A DNA stretch of 56,062 nt, filler included, from Basidiobolus ranarum (Eukaryota): the NCBI GenBank assembly GCA_040143965.1. It is 6 parts of 6 records of this genome, joined end to end, with 100 filler letters (N's around TTAATTAATTAA, not from the genome) between each part and the next. Parts side by side here need not be neighbours in the genome. Positions count along the whole stretch, not along the records: positions 18,747 to 28,008 come from JASJQH010000850.1; positions 28,109 to 37,365 come from JASJQH010000851.1; positions 37,466 to 46,720 come from JASJQH010000852.1; 3 more parts are not named here. One strand, 5' to 3'. Positions 25,493 through 40,165 of this stretch are shown here, piece by piece. The stretch's first letter is position 1; each line of letters opens with the position of its first letter. The notes under the pieces were generated by a model. That model did no database searches. It saw nothing but the letters and a program-made list of their open reading frames with translations, and had not been told where the DNA came from. A program made the translations under genes and the position numbers.

Positions 25493-27082
25493 ATGACGGA
25501 TCACATTAGCCCCGAGCAAGTGGAGCAGATGCAGCTTTTTTTGGCCACGGCACCCACGAACTGGGATCCAGATCATACTATTCGAAGATTCATGCTTCCA
25601 AACGGTGAGTACATCTCATGCACTTTGTGGAACGATCTCTTTTACATTACTGGCACCGATATTGTACGTTGCTTGGTATTTCGCTTTCAGGCCATTGGTC
25701 GCCCCGTGAAAAATGTCAAAAAATTCGAAGAGGGAGTGTTCAGTGACTTGCGGAACCTCAAGCCAGGCACTGATGCAAAGCTAGAAGAGCCTAGGTCGGA
25801 GTTCTTGGAGATGTTGTATAAGAATAACTGCATTCGGACTCAGAAAAAGCAGAAGGTGTTTTTTTGGTACTCTGTTCCCCATGATCGTCTTTTCATGGAT
25901 GCGTTGGAGCGTGATCTAAAAAGAGAGGCACTTGGAATCGAGCCTACCACCGTTCCTACTAATCCCCATGGTCATGGTGCAATCACGATGCCCATTACTC
26001 CACCTTCGGATTATTTAAGTTACAACCTGAGCGATTCGTTTAGCGGCTCCTCCGACTCGTCTGGTTCGGAGTTAGTAACCCCTTCAGTCACGCCTGTAGT
26101 CGACCCGAATCCTGATTTTGGGGGGTACCATCAAGACTCTAGCATAATGATCGGAATGAATGCATCGATGAATGGGCCCATGAATACATCAATGAATACT
26201 TGGGTATCCAACTCCTTGTGGTCAGCCTCTCCAAGTGAGATGAGCTTTGAACCGACGAGCTCCACCAGCAATTCATTTGATCCGTACAACTTGGATTTTA
26301 CTCTTTCTCTCCACGATGAATCGCAATGCATGCTAGGCATATCAGGTCAATCGCAAAGCGAGTCTCAAGAAAATGTTGATTCAATCTACTGCCCTGCCTA
26401 CGATAACTCGACCGAGGATTTCCAAGAACTTAGGATTCTTGATAAGCTTCTGAACAATCCAGTTTCACTACTGAGCAATGGAATGTCTCAGGATAATCAA
26501 ATTCTCGACACCACGAGCTTCAACCTGTCAAGAGATGTGTTCTCGAGATGGGATCAAGTGAACCGCATGAGGCCAGGAATGAATTTACTAAACACGTTCA
26601 AAGGTCCGATGGGCTACAAGCAACGCCGAAACAGATCCATGATTCGCAATGCTACGTGGGCAGCACCTACTTCATCCTCGTATCAGTTTGATCAAAGTGA
26701 AAAGCCTTATCATCGTACATATTTACCAGCTCGAAGGCAGTCTACCGGGGAAATAAAAAATTACATGTGCACATTTAGTATGTGTGAAAGAAGATTCAAG
26801 CGGTACGAGCATCTAAAGAGGCACCTTCGTACACATACAGGGGAAAGACCATACCTCTGTCCCATAGAAGAGTGTGGAAAAGGATTCTCTAGAAGTGACA
26901 ATTTGCATCAGCACATGAGGGTTCATGGAGAGACAGAACCCAGTAACTATGACTTGGAAGCACTTAGTAACTCTGAAACGGATCTACCTGAAACCAGAAC
27001 GTTAATAAAGAGTCCTAGTCCCGAGCCTACAATAATGGAGGGGTTGGATATCAAACAAGAATCTTTGGTTTTGCCTTTATGA
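25493..27082 (+). CDS. STE12: Ste12-like transcription factor: STE domain plus two C-terminal C2H2 zinc fingers; intronless
   Basis: [53 protein letters not shown]; fingers [10 protein letters not shown] and [10 protein letters not shown]. Confidence 0.95.
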   Translation: MTDHISPEQVEQMQLFLATAPTNWDPDHTIRRFMLPNGEYISCTLWNDLFYITGTDIVRCLVFRFQAIGRPVKNVKKFEEGVFSDLRNLKPGTDAKLEEPRSEFLEMLYKNNCIRTQKKQKVFFWYSVPHDRLFMDALERDLKREALGIEPTTVPTNPHGHGAITMPITPPSDYLSYNLSDSFSGSSDSSGSELVTPSVTPVVDPNPDFGGYHQDSSIMIGMNASMNGPMNTSMNTWVSNSLWSASPSEMSFEPTSSTSNSFDPYNLDFTLSLHDESQCMLGISGQSQSESQENVDSIYCPAYDNSTEDFQELRILDKLLNNPVSLLSNGMSQDNQILDTTSFNLSRDVFSRWDQVNRMRPGMNLLNTFKGPMGYKQRRNRSMIRNATWAAPTSSSYQFDQSEKPYHRTYLPARRQSTGEIKNYMCTFSMCERRFKRYEHLKRHLRTHTGERPYLCPIEECGKGFSRSDNLHQHMRVHGETEPSNYDLEALSNSETDLPETRTLIKSPSPEPTIMEGLDIKQESLVLPL

Positions 27083-27903
27083 GAAGGTTCTTGCAATAGT
27101 ATGTCCGACTACATTTTCTCAAAAATTTGTAAAAACCAATTTTGAACTTTCTTTCATTTACTCGAAAAGATTCAGTAGCTTCTTATACAACGTTTTTTCT
27201 CTTCCTTTCCTTGGTCAAAGGGACTACTCATTTGAGATAGAGTTTTCAAAGGGAAGCTGCGAAATAGAAAAACTTCTGGTCTCCTGCATATACTTGTCCC
27301 TATCCCATTCCATTGGTTTCTACTTTCTTGAAGTCAGCTAGATATGAACGAAACAGTTGAATATAATAAGCACAGCACAAAGCATTGATTGTAATTTTCT
27401 ATTAACGCATAATCGGTTAATATCTTTTATCCCATTTTGGTCTGCTATTTTTCTATATATTTTCAGTATTTTGCTTGCCGACTTGCAAAAATAAACTGAT
27501 TGTTAACCGAAATTACGAGTACTTATCATTTGACGCTACCGTATCAGCTGAGACTCGCTGGTCGTGCAACTAATATTATACTTAATCCTCTACTCCACTT
27601 GGGAACCGTACGGCAGCGGTCGGCATGCAAGTATTGGTTATATTAAACATGATGCCTGTATCGGACCAAAAATCCACGTAATTCATTTTGGATCGTTGAA
27701 AGCTAAAGGTAATAGTACCCAATGGCAGCCTAACACTACCCTCGATAATAAACATTCTCTGTGTTTGTAAGCGGTGATTGGTTCAAAACTTCTTGACAAA
27801 TCAACCTCTCCACGCATTGATGATGTTGGGTCTTTCCATTTAAATAATCGTTCTGATAGAGTGTGTTCCTTACACTTCTCAATTATTGTGAGTTTCAATT
27901 ATT

Positions 27904-28008
27904 ATGCGTCCTTTCCGCTCTTTTGTCACAGCCTTGGCTCTTTTATCTGCCCCTCTTCTTGCTTTTGCTGAAGACTCTGATGTATTGTCCCTTACCAAGG
28001 ACTCTTTC
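27904..28008 (+). CDS. N-terminus of a protein disulfide isomerase-family protein, truncated by the contig end
   Basis: MRPFRSFVTALALLSAPLLAFAEDSDVLSLTKDSF: signal peptide followed by the SDVL.LT..SF start typical of a PDI thioredoxin domain. The CGHC motif is not reached. Confidence 0.7.
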
Positions 28009-28108
28009 NNNNNNNNNNNNNNNNNNNNNNNNNNNNNNNNNNNNNNNNNNNNTTAATTAATTAANNNNNNNNNNNNNNNNNNNNNNNNNNNNNNNNNNNN
28101 NNNNNNNN
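28009..28108. other. Artificial contig linker
   Basis: N44-TTAATTAATTAA-N44. Confidence 0.98.
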
Positions 28109-29424
28109 AATTTGCCAAAATCCAAGAGCTTATTCTCATTGTGAATGGTAACAAGAGTCAGCTATTTGCCAAGTGTCAGTGCTATTCAAAATTTCAGATG
28201 TTTAGCAATTTTTCCACCACTAGTTTGCTGGTAAAGCATATTGATGTTGTTGAGTTATGTCTGATCAGTCAAGTATGTGCATATGTAGAGACTAAACACA
28301 ACAAGAATCTTGTATTTTTTGATTCTCATTATGGCTGGAATACAATGCCTAAAATATCTAAATAAAGGCATGCATATTAATTTGATTTCCTACAGCAGTA
28401 AACCCAGTAACTTGTCACTCAAAAATTATGTTTTGCAAAAATTGCCAGATATTTATTAATGCATGCCAAATTTGAGGATCAATATTTAACATATATGAAT
28501 ACCATAGAAATACCATCAAGAAACTGCCATCACACCATCAAAATCCCTGGCAGAATGCAAGCCACCAATATTGTGATGGTTCTCTGATGGTTTTGCTCTT
28601 TTGGAGGGTGGATCTGATCCGTAACCCCCACTTGTGTATTATATCTTGTTACACAAACTCCTGAATAACTCAAATAATTGATTTACTATTTTACTATATG
28701 TAGACTACATATTCTCTTGAGAATAAAGTAACTAAAAACACTAACATAAGTTACCTCTAATATACAAAGTCTACCCCCATTATGTCAAGATCTTCCAACA
28801 AATATATCTGAAAATTCCCTATATTCAGAATATATATGGACCTAATACTATTTGACAGTGATTTCAGCTATGAGTCTAACATCCACAGAGTCTCAAGTCT
28901 AGTCATTTGTCAAACTATATCTCTACCATGCCTAGTTTTGAGCTTTCATCAACAGATTGCAGCTAATCAGCAGAGTAGATAACTTATCTAAGGAGAAGAT
29001 GACATAGGAACTTTCATCCCACTGTGATGATGCAGTGATACTAGTATTGGAACAGAACCCAGTTGCTGCATCTGTAGCCCGTTCCTGCTGATTATATATG
29101 ACATCTTCAAAAGTGATCCACACAATCCCAACAGATCTGGATAGCAATTGGAACTGACATATTTTAGTACTGCGAGTAGAATCTGAGCACTGCCGTCGTG
29201 CAATTCTAACAGGTACTTTGAAAGGATTGTTACTATTGTCAAGAATTTAACAAGCAAATTTATCAAAGTTTGAGTTTCACTATCAAGTATAAGCAATTTT
29301 GGATATTACTGACAGAAATTCCATAATTATAAGAATTTAAATCAGTTTGCTTATTTATCCACACAAATAGTGACGTTCACAGAAAAAGTGATTTAGTAAA
29401 TTAATAGTTAGTGATGGTGGCTTC

Positions 29425-29432
29425 TGACGTCA
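29425..29432. promoter_or_regulatory. CRE/ATF palindrome TGACGTCA about 50 nt upstream of the NAXD start
   Basis: Perfect bZIP CRE match in proximal position; a related GTGACGT lies at 29370. Confidence 0.35.
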
Positions 29433-29481
29433 CTTTCCAGTGTGCTATCATAAAAGTTTCATATTGCTGTTGACTTCGATA

Positions 29482-31136
29482 ATGTTCAGAATAATATCCC
29501 CCATACTTCGGGCATCTCAAGCTTCAACCTCTAAATATCAAGTATTCCACCGTGTACTATTGTCAGATAGAACATACAGCAGAATGCCAGCCTCTCAACC
29601 CTCTATCCAAGACATTAAAGAGATTATTCCGCCACTCTCCTCTGAACTACATAAAGGCCAAGCAGGTGAACAGTAATTAGCACAAAGTAAAGCACATAAT
29701 CAAAAGTTAATCTTGGTAAATAGGAAGAGTTGGTGTCATAGGTGGTTCTGAAGAGTAAGTATACAGTTATAACGCGACATTACTATCAAAGCGTGGCTTA
29801 TTTAACTTTCAACTTAGCTACACTGGTGCTCCATATTTTAGTGCCATATCAGCTTTAAAATTCGTATGCTGCTCTCTTTTTGCCTTCTTTTCTGTAGATA
29901 TCTGACTTTTTATGACACAGGGTGCAGATCTTGCTCACGTAATATGTGAGTTGGGTGCCGGAGTGGTTATAAAGGTTAGTACTGACTTTGATTCAAAATA
30001 ACCAATTCTAAGACTAATAAGAGATTTTTAGAGCTATTCCCCAGGTATATACGTATATATATGTTGCTACGAGTTTATACATGTCGTATTGATAGAAACG
30101 TTGGGCGAATGTAGACTTGATAGTTCATCCGTATCTTCGTAAAAGCGAGTAAGAATCCTATTTTCAATTTTACATGCGAAGGAAAAACTAAGGTAAATTT
30201 TAGAAGAAACACTGAATTGACGGTGGACGAAATTGTCGAAAACGTTACTCCTCTATTCTCACGTCTTCATGTACTTGTATTTGGACCGGGATTGTCGAGG
30301 GATTCAAACATGCTAGAAATAACCAAAAGATTGATTCAAGTCGCTCGTGAAAAAGAAATCCCAATCGTGATCGATGCGGTACCCTCATTGCTTGATCATC
30401 ATTAGTTCTCATTTCATCTATTAACTTTGGGGTTTTAGGATGGTCTTTACCTAATCCAAAAGCACCCTGAAATCATTCAAGGATATCAAAAGGCTGTTCT
30501 CACTCCAAACGTAGTTGAGTTCAAGCGTCTTTGTGAGACCATGGTTAGTTAAATCTGTACCATGAACCGGGGTTTCTTACGCAGCTTACGCTTCTCAATA
30601 TAGGGTATCGAGAACGCACCGGAGAGTAAAGACGATATGGCTAAAAATCTCAGTAATGCCTTTGGCGGTGTCACCGTTGTTCAGAAGGGGCATGAGGATA
30701 TTATCTCCAACGGAGAAACTGGTACGTGGGTCTTGTGTAGGGCTAGTTGAATGGCAAGACTAAAGTTATATGTAGTATATGTCTGCAATGCGGAAGGAGG
30801 CTTGAAGAGATGCGGTGGGCAAGGCGATGTTCTTTCTGGAGCTATTGCTACTTTCCTTGCTTTTGGGATTGGTTATGAAAATCAAGTTTGGAAGTTAGTA
30901 TAGCTTTACCGTTGAAGTGCTTTACATATATAGCATTAACCATGTAGCATCTCTTTAGGCATTCTTCCAACATCCCCTTCCATAATATAATACCCATTGC
31001 AAGCTATGCTGGCTGTCTTGCGGTAAGAAGTTGCTCCAAAAAGGCTTTCGATCGTGTAAGAAGGTCGATGCAGACATCTGACCTCATCCATGAAATTGGG
31101 CCAGTGTTTCAAAGCATGTTTGAAAAAGAAGACTAG
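29482..31136 (+). CDS. NAXD: ATP-dependent NAD(P)H-hydrate dehydratase; 11 exons (29482-29665, 29724-29754, 29818-29863, 29921-29974, 30032-30044, 30115-30148, 30204-30378, 30439-30543, 30604-30721, 30776-30893, 30959-31136)
   Basis: Spliced product contains [71 protein letters not shown]. Confidence 0.93.
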
Positions 31137-31480
31137 TACGTAGTTGACTCGTTTTAGTAACTTTCGACATTCCTAAATTTTGCTTCATTTTGAGCTAAAC
31201 AGCGCATCTGGGATTTTTCGGCACAAGCTATAATGTGATTTCGAATGTTCAGTTGAAACCACTTTTTGTTCAGAGATTATCATTGGAATAAACGTGTTAA
31301 ATTTCATTATCTGCTGTACTAAATCTATATACATTAGCTGATACATATGTATGTTTACCAATTAGAATGCCATTCACTATATAGAATCCTCTAATGCTTA
31401 ATTATCCAATGCGAAGTTCATCGTTATTTCGTATTGGAACGGTTATAAAAAAATATTCTATCATGTCAACATAACTTTTG

Positions 31481-31524
31481 CACGTGACTCCATCCACAAT
31501 TTCCAACCAACTTGTACACGTGAC
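31481..31524. promoter_or_regulatory. Two identical CACGTGAC E-boxes upstream of the WNK gene
   Basis: CACGTGAC at 31481-31488 and 31517-31524, about 300 nt before the ATG. Confidence 0.5.
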
Positions 31525-31822
31525 ACAATCCGTATTTACTAGCTGATACACGAGGATACTAAGGAGAAGCAACAGAGTGGAGTTTTGGTCACTAACCGTT
31601 TAGCTATAGGATCTGTTGATTAATCCTTTAGTAAATTTTCGTATCATTCCCTTTTCTAAATCCCCCTTCTAAGTATTCTAACCCAGAGTTTAGTATTTGT
31701 ATATACTTTCTTTGAATATTTCTTCAGTTGGGAACGGATTATTGCTTTTTATCTCACCAACATTCGACTTTCTAGTTAGAAAATAGATACTATTGGGTTT
31801 TATTTTCGGTGTTACTTCAGTT

Positions 31823-34275
<2,453 letters not shown>

Positions 34276-34508
34276 GATATACGTCGTTGCGCTCAACTAA
34301 CCCCCATTGTAATTATATTGAATTTTTGTTGATGTCAGCTTCCATTAAAGCTTGGTATAGCTGCTACCTCGTAAAATAGGAGACTTTCCATTTTGAACCC
34401 TGTCTTTATCATCCTGTATTCATCTCGGACTCTTTAAATACATATTCTATTTGACCAGAGCGTAGCTGTTGAATCTGTTAGTACTTATTTGCCTTTCCAT
34501 GTTTTGAG

Positions 34509-34544
34509 CCCATTAGCACCCATTTGCACCCATTTGCACCCATT
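34509..34544 (+). repeat. 10-bp tandem repeat (CCCATTTGCA-like, about 3.5 copies)
   Basis: cccattagca cccatttgca cccatttgca cccatt read directly. Confidence 0.8.
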
Positions 34545-35573
34545 CGTTACTTGATATCAAACATGTTTCAATCCAGATTATTCAATCCAGATGAATTGGA
34601 TTCAATAACTCAGACATATTCACCTCAATAGATTTGATTCGTTACGAGACAATGATCGTCTAGTCAAGTTTCATCTGACATGTCAGGTAAAGTTGTAAGA
34701 ATATTACTAATGAGATGAGGTGTCCACTTCACGCTTATTTCCCATTTGTGTTATCGGTAGTCACAAATGAGTCGAAGGACTCTTGTTACTCAAACGCATA
34801 CGCATATGTATTCCCATTCGCATTCGCATTTGTATACGTATCCTACACGCATTCAATTCATCTCGATTTCATGATCAACCGTCTTGTTCGCGTATATTTC
34901 CAATTGTATTTACAATCAATGGTCTGTGTGTTTGAGCTGACATTTTGCACTGACCTTGGATTGACTAGTAAATAGACATTACATGCATATTCTTTTGAGA
35001 CTAATCGGCGCTAAGTGACAATGCACCTACAAGGATGAAATCCTGAACCTAGCGCTCTAAGTGAGTCATATGTATATCAACACTCACCCACACTCACACC
35101 CACATCCGTACTCAACCAACTACCATTTCTAGCTGATTAGTGACAGGGTGCACATTCCTTGTTAGTTTAAAAGACTAATGTAACATGTGACGACTTTCAG
35201 GGAGGTGTCTTTTCCACCTACATAAGTCCACATAAATGTAATTTCGAGGAAAACAATTGAGAAGGGGCTGAGGGTTTACTTTACCAAACGGCCGTCGATC
35301 CACCCTGAATTGAATCATTAATCTTACCTTGACTAACAAAGCGTATATATACTCCTTTAAAATGGTATTTAGAGTGATTGACCAACGAGGTGAATCCAAA
35401 GAGTAATATTTTCAAACAACTTGTTGGGTTCAAATTGATCAACAAGTTCGACGCTGGTTTCAGGGGTCTACATTTGGCGTGGGTGGACCGTTGCTAGGTT
35501 ATCGGATGACACTTCCAATGAACCAAATCTCACACTTATTGGTTCAGTGCATACTCCGCTCTCTTCTATATAA

Positions 35574-36191
<618 letters not shown>

Positions 36192-37011
36192 TGTGGACAT
36201 AGTTCACATGAAATATTTTGGTTTTTGGATACATGCAACCTTTAATTATTACTTATAATTGCAGCTATGCTTTACCATTCTCACATACACTTCCTCTGTT
36301 GCGGGAATAAAGTCATCCACCGTAATATCTAGATCCAACATTGTTGTAAGAATTTGAAATGATTCAGGTACATTGATCGAGTTAGAATCCCTATATACGA
36401 AATTTTCGGTTCAATTCAAGCTGCATCTAAGACCTGATTGGAGCAATATATCCTGTTTCAATACTTGTTGAATACACTGAATACCAGCATATTACCCAGT
36501 AATTTCGGATGTATTTGTACAAAATTCGCTCCTAGATCTCCGATATCATTTCCGATCATCTGAACATTCACTTGAGAAAGGCTATGTAGCCATCTCCATT
36601 GCTTATGAACTAGTCTTTAGAACTGTATTACTTTGTCTTTATTTATATCCAACTTGCGATACATTCACCATGAAAAGGTTGGCTTCATTGGAGCCTCTTG
36701 GCACGCACTATCACTCATAGCTGATGCACTTTTTAGTGTTCATTTCTCGAATCATCATATCTCAATTTGGCTGTATGATTCAACTTCACATTTAACACAC
36801 AGCTGAAGCATGCTGTATACATTTGTATTTACTTCTAGTAGTAAGTTGGTTTCAAGTTCACATTTTTTAAAAAAATGCCAACAAGGCCTTGTGGCTCTTG
36901 ATATTGTTACAGGTAGTGATATGTATATGATCTCTGTTAAAGTATTTGGGAGCCGGTTGGTAGTGGTTTGGAGAATTAGAGAAATTAGTGGTTTTCACTT
37001 ATTGATTTATT

Positions 37012-37356
37012 GAGTAGCAAGTTGATATTTATAGTTTTGTCAAGCTGTAAACAAACTAACCTGTAGAATGTGTTAAAGAAGGTCCTGTTAAAAGTAGCAT
37101 TGCCTAAACACCTATATAGTCATATATAGCTTAGTACTTAGTTATCTTATATTGAACTAAGATATTATCCATTATTCTCAATTTGAATTTACTTAGAATA
37201 TTTTTACCAACTTAGAAGTTCTCGGATATATAGATTTTTCAAACTGGTGCTAGAAGCCCCAAACGTTGCACACATGTTCCTGGGACCTTGTTTAGCACGT
37301 TTTACATGTTAGTTTGCTTACATTGTGACAAAACTATAAATGTCAACTTTCTACTC
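37012..37356. mobile_element. Second inverted-repeat (MITE/foldback-like) element, probably cut by the contig end
   Basis: Arms 37012-37085 and 37283-37356 are imperfect reverse complements (gagtagcaagttgatatttatagttttgtca vs tgacaaaactataaatgtcaactttctactc). Confidence 0.75.
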
Positions 37357-37365
37357 CAAGAATCT

Positions 37366-37465
37366 NNNNNNNNNNNNNNNNNNNNNNNNNNNNNNNNNNN
37401 NNNNNNNNNTTAATTAATTAANNNNNNNNNNNNNNNNNNNNNNNNNNNNNNNNNNNNNNNNNNNN
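37366..37465. other. Artificial contig linker
   Basis: N44-TTAATTAATTAA-N44. Confidence 0.98.
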
Positions 37466-38804
37466 ATATAGCTTTTTCCCATAGTCTTGAGTCTGGACAC
37501 TCTAGAGCTTGATTTAGTATCTGTGGCTAATCATAGCATGCTGCATAAGCATATACTTCATCATTGGAAGTGTTCCACCAGTTTCCTGGTTTTTTTTCCT
37601 TCCGGATGATCATCTGGGTCCTGAATCATCCTCAGATGTAATTGGGATTGGATTTCTGGTTAAATAGGGCTCAAGTACAGTTGGAACTTTGTCAGACACT
37701 TGCTGCATAATGCTAATTGTGTCTTCTGGATCAAGAACTGTTGTTTGAGGTGAAATATTTGGTTATTCATCAATATCACATCTCGGCTATTAATTAACAT
37801 CTAATTTTTGGTTTCAAACAGTCCTTAGGCCCTAGATCCAACACAGTAACCAAGAAATATGCATTTTCTGCTTTTGTGTTCCAATTTTGACAGGAAGCTC
37901 CAGAATCAATGTACCACATATCTGAGTTTTCCAAAGTGATTACTAATAGGGCAGACACAAATAGTATTTGAAGTCTCACATTAGGAACATCATTATTGAA
38001 GCCTGTTGGCCTTTTTGATTTCCAAAAAATGCCTGTTCTACATTATTTTGCTTAGAATTTGCATAGAATCATCAGAATTTATCCGAATTGGGAATGATTT
38101 TTGCTTAAGATATAGCCTATTAGCCAGATGTTTAGCCTCACATAATCCCTCAAGTGTTTCCCAAGCATTTTGGACATTTTTGGCTCATTGTATGTGCCTC
38201 AATTGAGAGTCTCTAAGATGTAGACAAAGTGTAGAGACTGCTTTACTCTGCTTCTTGTGAAAGGCAAGGATAGCTTCTGGTGGTCTCTCTGGCTCTATTG
38301 ACTCTCCTGTAACAGATCCCCAAAGGTCCTGGTCTTTTAGCATCATTTGCATCTTGAAATTGCAAAGAGGAAAGTCATCAAACTTTTCTGTAAATGCAAA
38401 AAAAATTGGTAATAGTAGACATTCCTTTAGCAGCCAACTTGGGGCTCATAATGTGATAAAAGTGTTTAGGGGATTTGGAAGTGTTTTTGACAAGATTAGA
38501 ATTGGTGAATTAGCCACTTAAGTTTTATTCCATTGAGTATATCCTATTGATAGTTTGCTACAAAATAGAACTATTGGACATGCTTAGATTGAATCAAACA
38601 TGCCTGTTAAGCAAGGGAGAAAATTTGTGATGATTTGGAGAGGTTTTGAGACAATAGTGAAAAATGGTAAAAGTGACCTAATTGATATTTCATCAATTAG
38701 AGCAATAAACATGTGTTTTTCTATGGCCAAATTGAGTGCTAAATAATCAGAATATGAATAAACCAACTACTAAAGAATGTGTTGCTATTTACCTAATTTC
38801 AACA
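37466..38804 (-). mobile_element. Degenerate Ty1/Copia unit A: LTR (about 38454-38804), PBS, gag, protease, internally deleted
   Basis: TG...CA-bounded 350-nt LTR-like block; minus-strand TTATGAGCCCC PBS-like motif at 38441-38451; gag relic; protease WYIDSGAS near 37900. Confidence 0.8.
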
Positions 38805-40165
38805 TATCAGCCTTTTGATCCTGCAACTATGATCTTGCCATCTCCACTATGGTCCTGTTGGCTTATTTTTCAACTCCATTTTGGTATGGGGAATAAGGTA
38901 CAGTAGTTTGTTGCTTAATTTCATGTCTAGAACAGAAACTGGTAAAGTCTTTGAAGCCATATACTACACAATTATCACTCCTTAGTACCCTGATTTTTTG
39001 TGTTGAATCTTTTTCTACCATTGCATTGTAACTTGAACATAGACAGGGCTCCAGATTTTGACTTGCAAAAGAATACACAAGTTTATCTTGCTTTGTCCTC
39101 AAAAGAAATTATAAGGTACCTTTTGCACCTGGTGTGACATTTTTCATGGGCCCACATAGGTCTGAACAAGCAGAGCAGGGCTATGAGTGAATTTGATCGC
39201 TCCAGACCTTCAAAATGGCTGTCTGTCATTTTTTCAATATAGGTAACCTTTGAACAGATCATATTTAGCAATATCTTCAATTTTAAGCCTGCAACAAGTT
39301 AATTTATGATGATTTGGGCCAGATTTTGTTCCCCCATGCTGCCTAATCTTCTATGCCATGTTTGACCATAAATTTCACAAGTTTTGGCCAGGTTTGCATG
39401 CTCAGAGTGCAATTAACTTATTTCTAGCTTGTATAAGCTGCAAGCTTTGATCCCAGTAACTAATTTTGTTTGACTCCATTCTGTCAAAGTGCATCTAGCC
39501 TTGCCAAGCACAGAATTTAGTCTTTGAGTTGTTGCTTGGCTTATTGAGAGTTCAGCAGAGAGCTGATCTACCATGGTTTTTAATTGATGTATATGATGGA
39601 GCATAGAAGCATCAGAATTCATTCAAATTGAAAGTTTTTTGCATAAGATATAGCATATTAGCCAGACTTTAAGTCTCACATAGTCACTCAAGGGTTTCCT
39701 AAGCATTTGCAACCTTCTTAGCTGATTGTATATGCCTCAATTGAGAGTCTTGGAGATATAGACAAAGTGTAGCAAGTGCATTCATCTGCTTCTTGTAACA
39801 AGCAAGGAAAGCTTCTAGCAGTCCCTTTAACTGTGTTTCTTCTTCTGTAACAAATCCCCTAAGGTCATTGTCTTCTAGCAACATATGCACTTTGAACTTC
39901 CAAAGGTGAAAGTCTACACCATCAGACTTCTTTAATATGCAAAAATGTTAGTAACAATATGGGTAAGCATTCCTTTAACAGCTGGCTTGGGGATCTTGAC
40001 CTGATCAAAGAGTTTTGGACAAGATTTTAATTTGCAAATTAGACTCTCAAACTTTAATGAATTAAATACATCTTATGTATATAACTAGGATATGGGACTT
40101 TAGATTTGCATAGATCATAACAAACATTTCTGTTAATCATTAGTGAAAACATGAGGTGCTTTGAG
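38805..40165 (-). mobile_element. Degenerate Ty1/Copia unit B: partial LTR, gag, pre-integrase and integrase relics
   Basis: LQDSQLRHI gag segment shared with the other units; WHRRLG; IRVLRSDN; TVPYSPYQNGV. Many stops and frameshifts; boundaries approximate. Confidence 0.8.

Noticed and set aside
34515-34544. TGCACCC copies as Aft1-type iron-response elements
   Set aside because: They arise from a simple 10-bp tandem repeat, and Aft regulation is known from Saccharomycotina yeasts.
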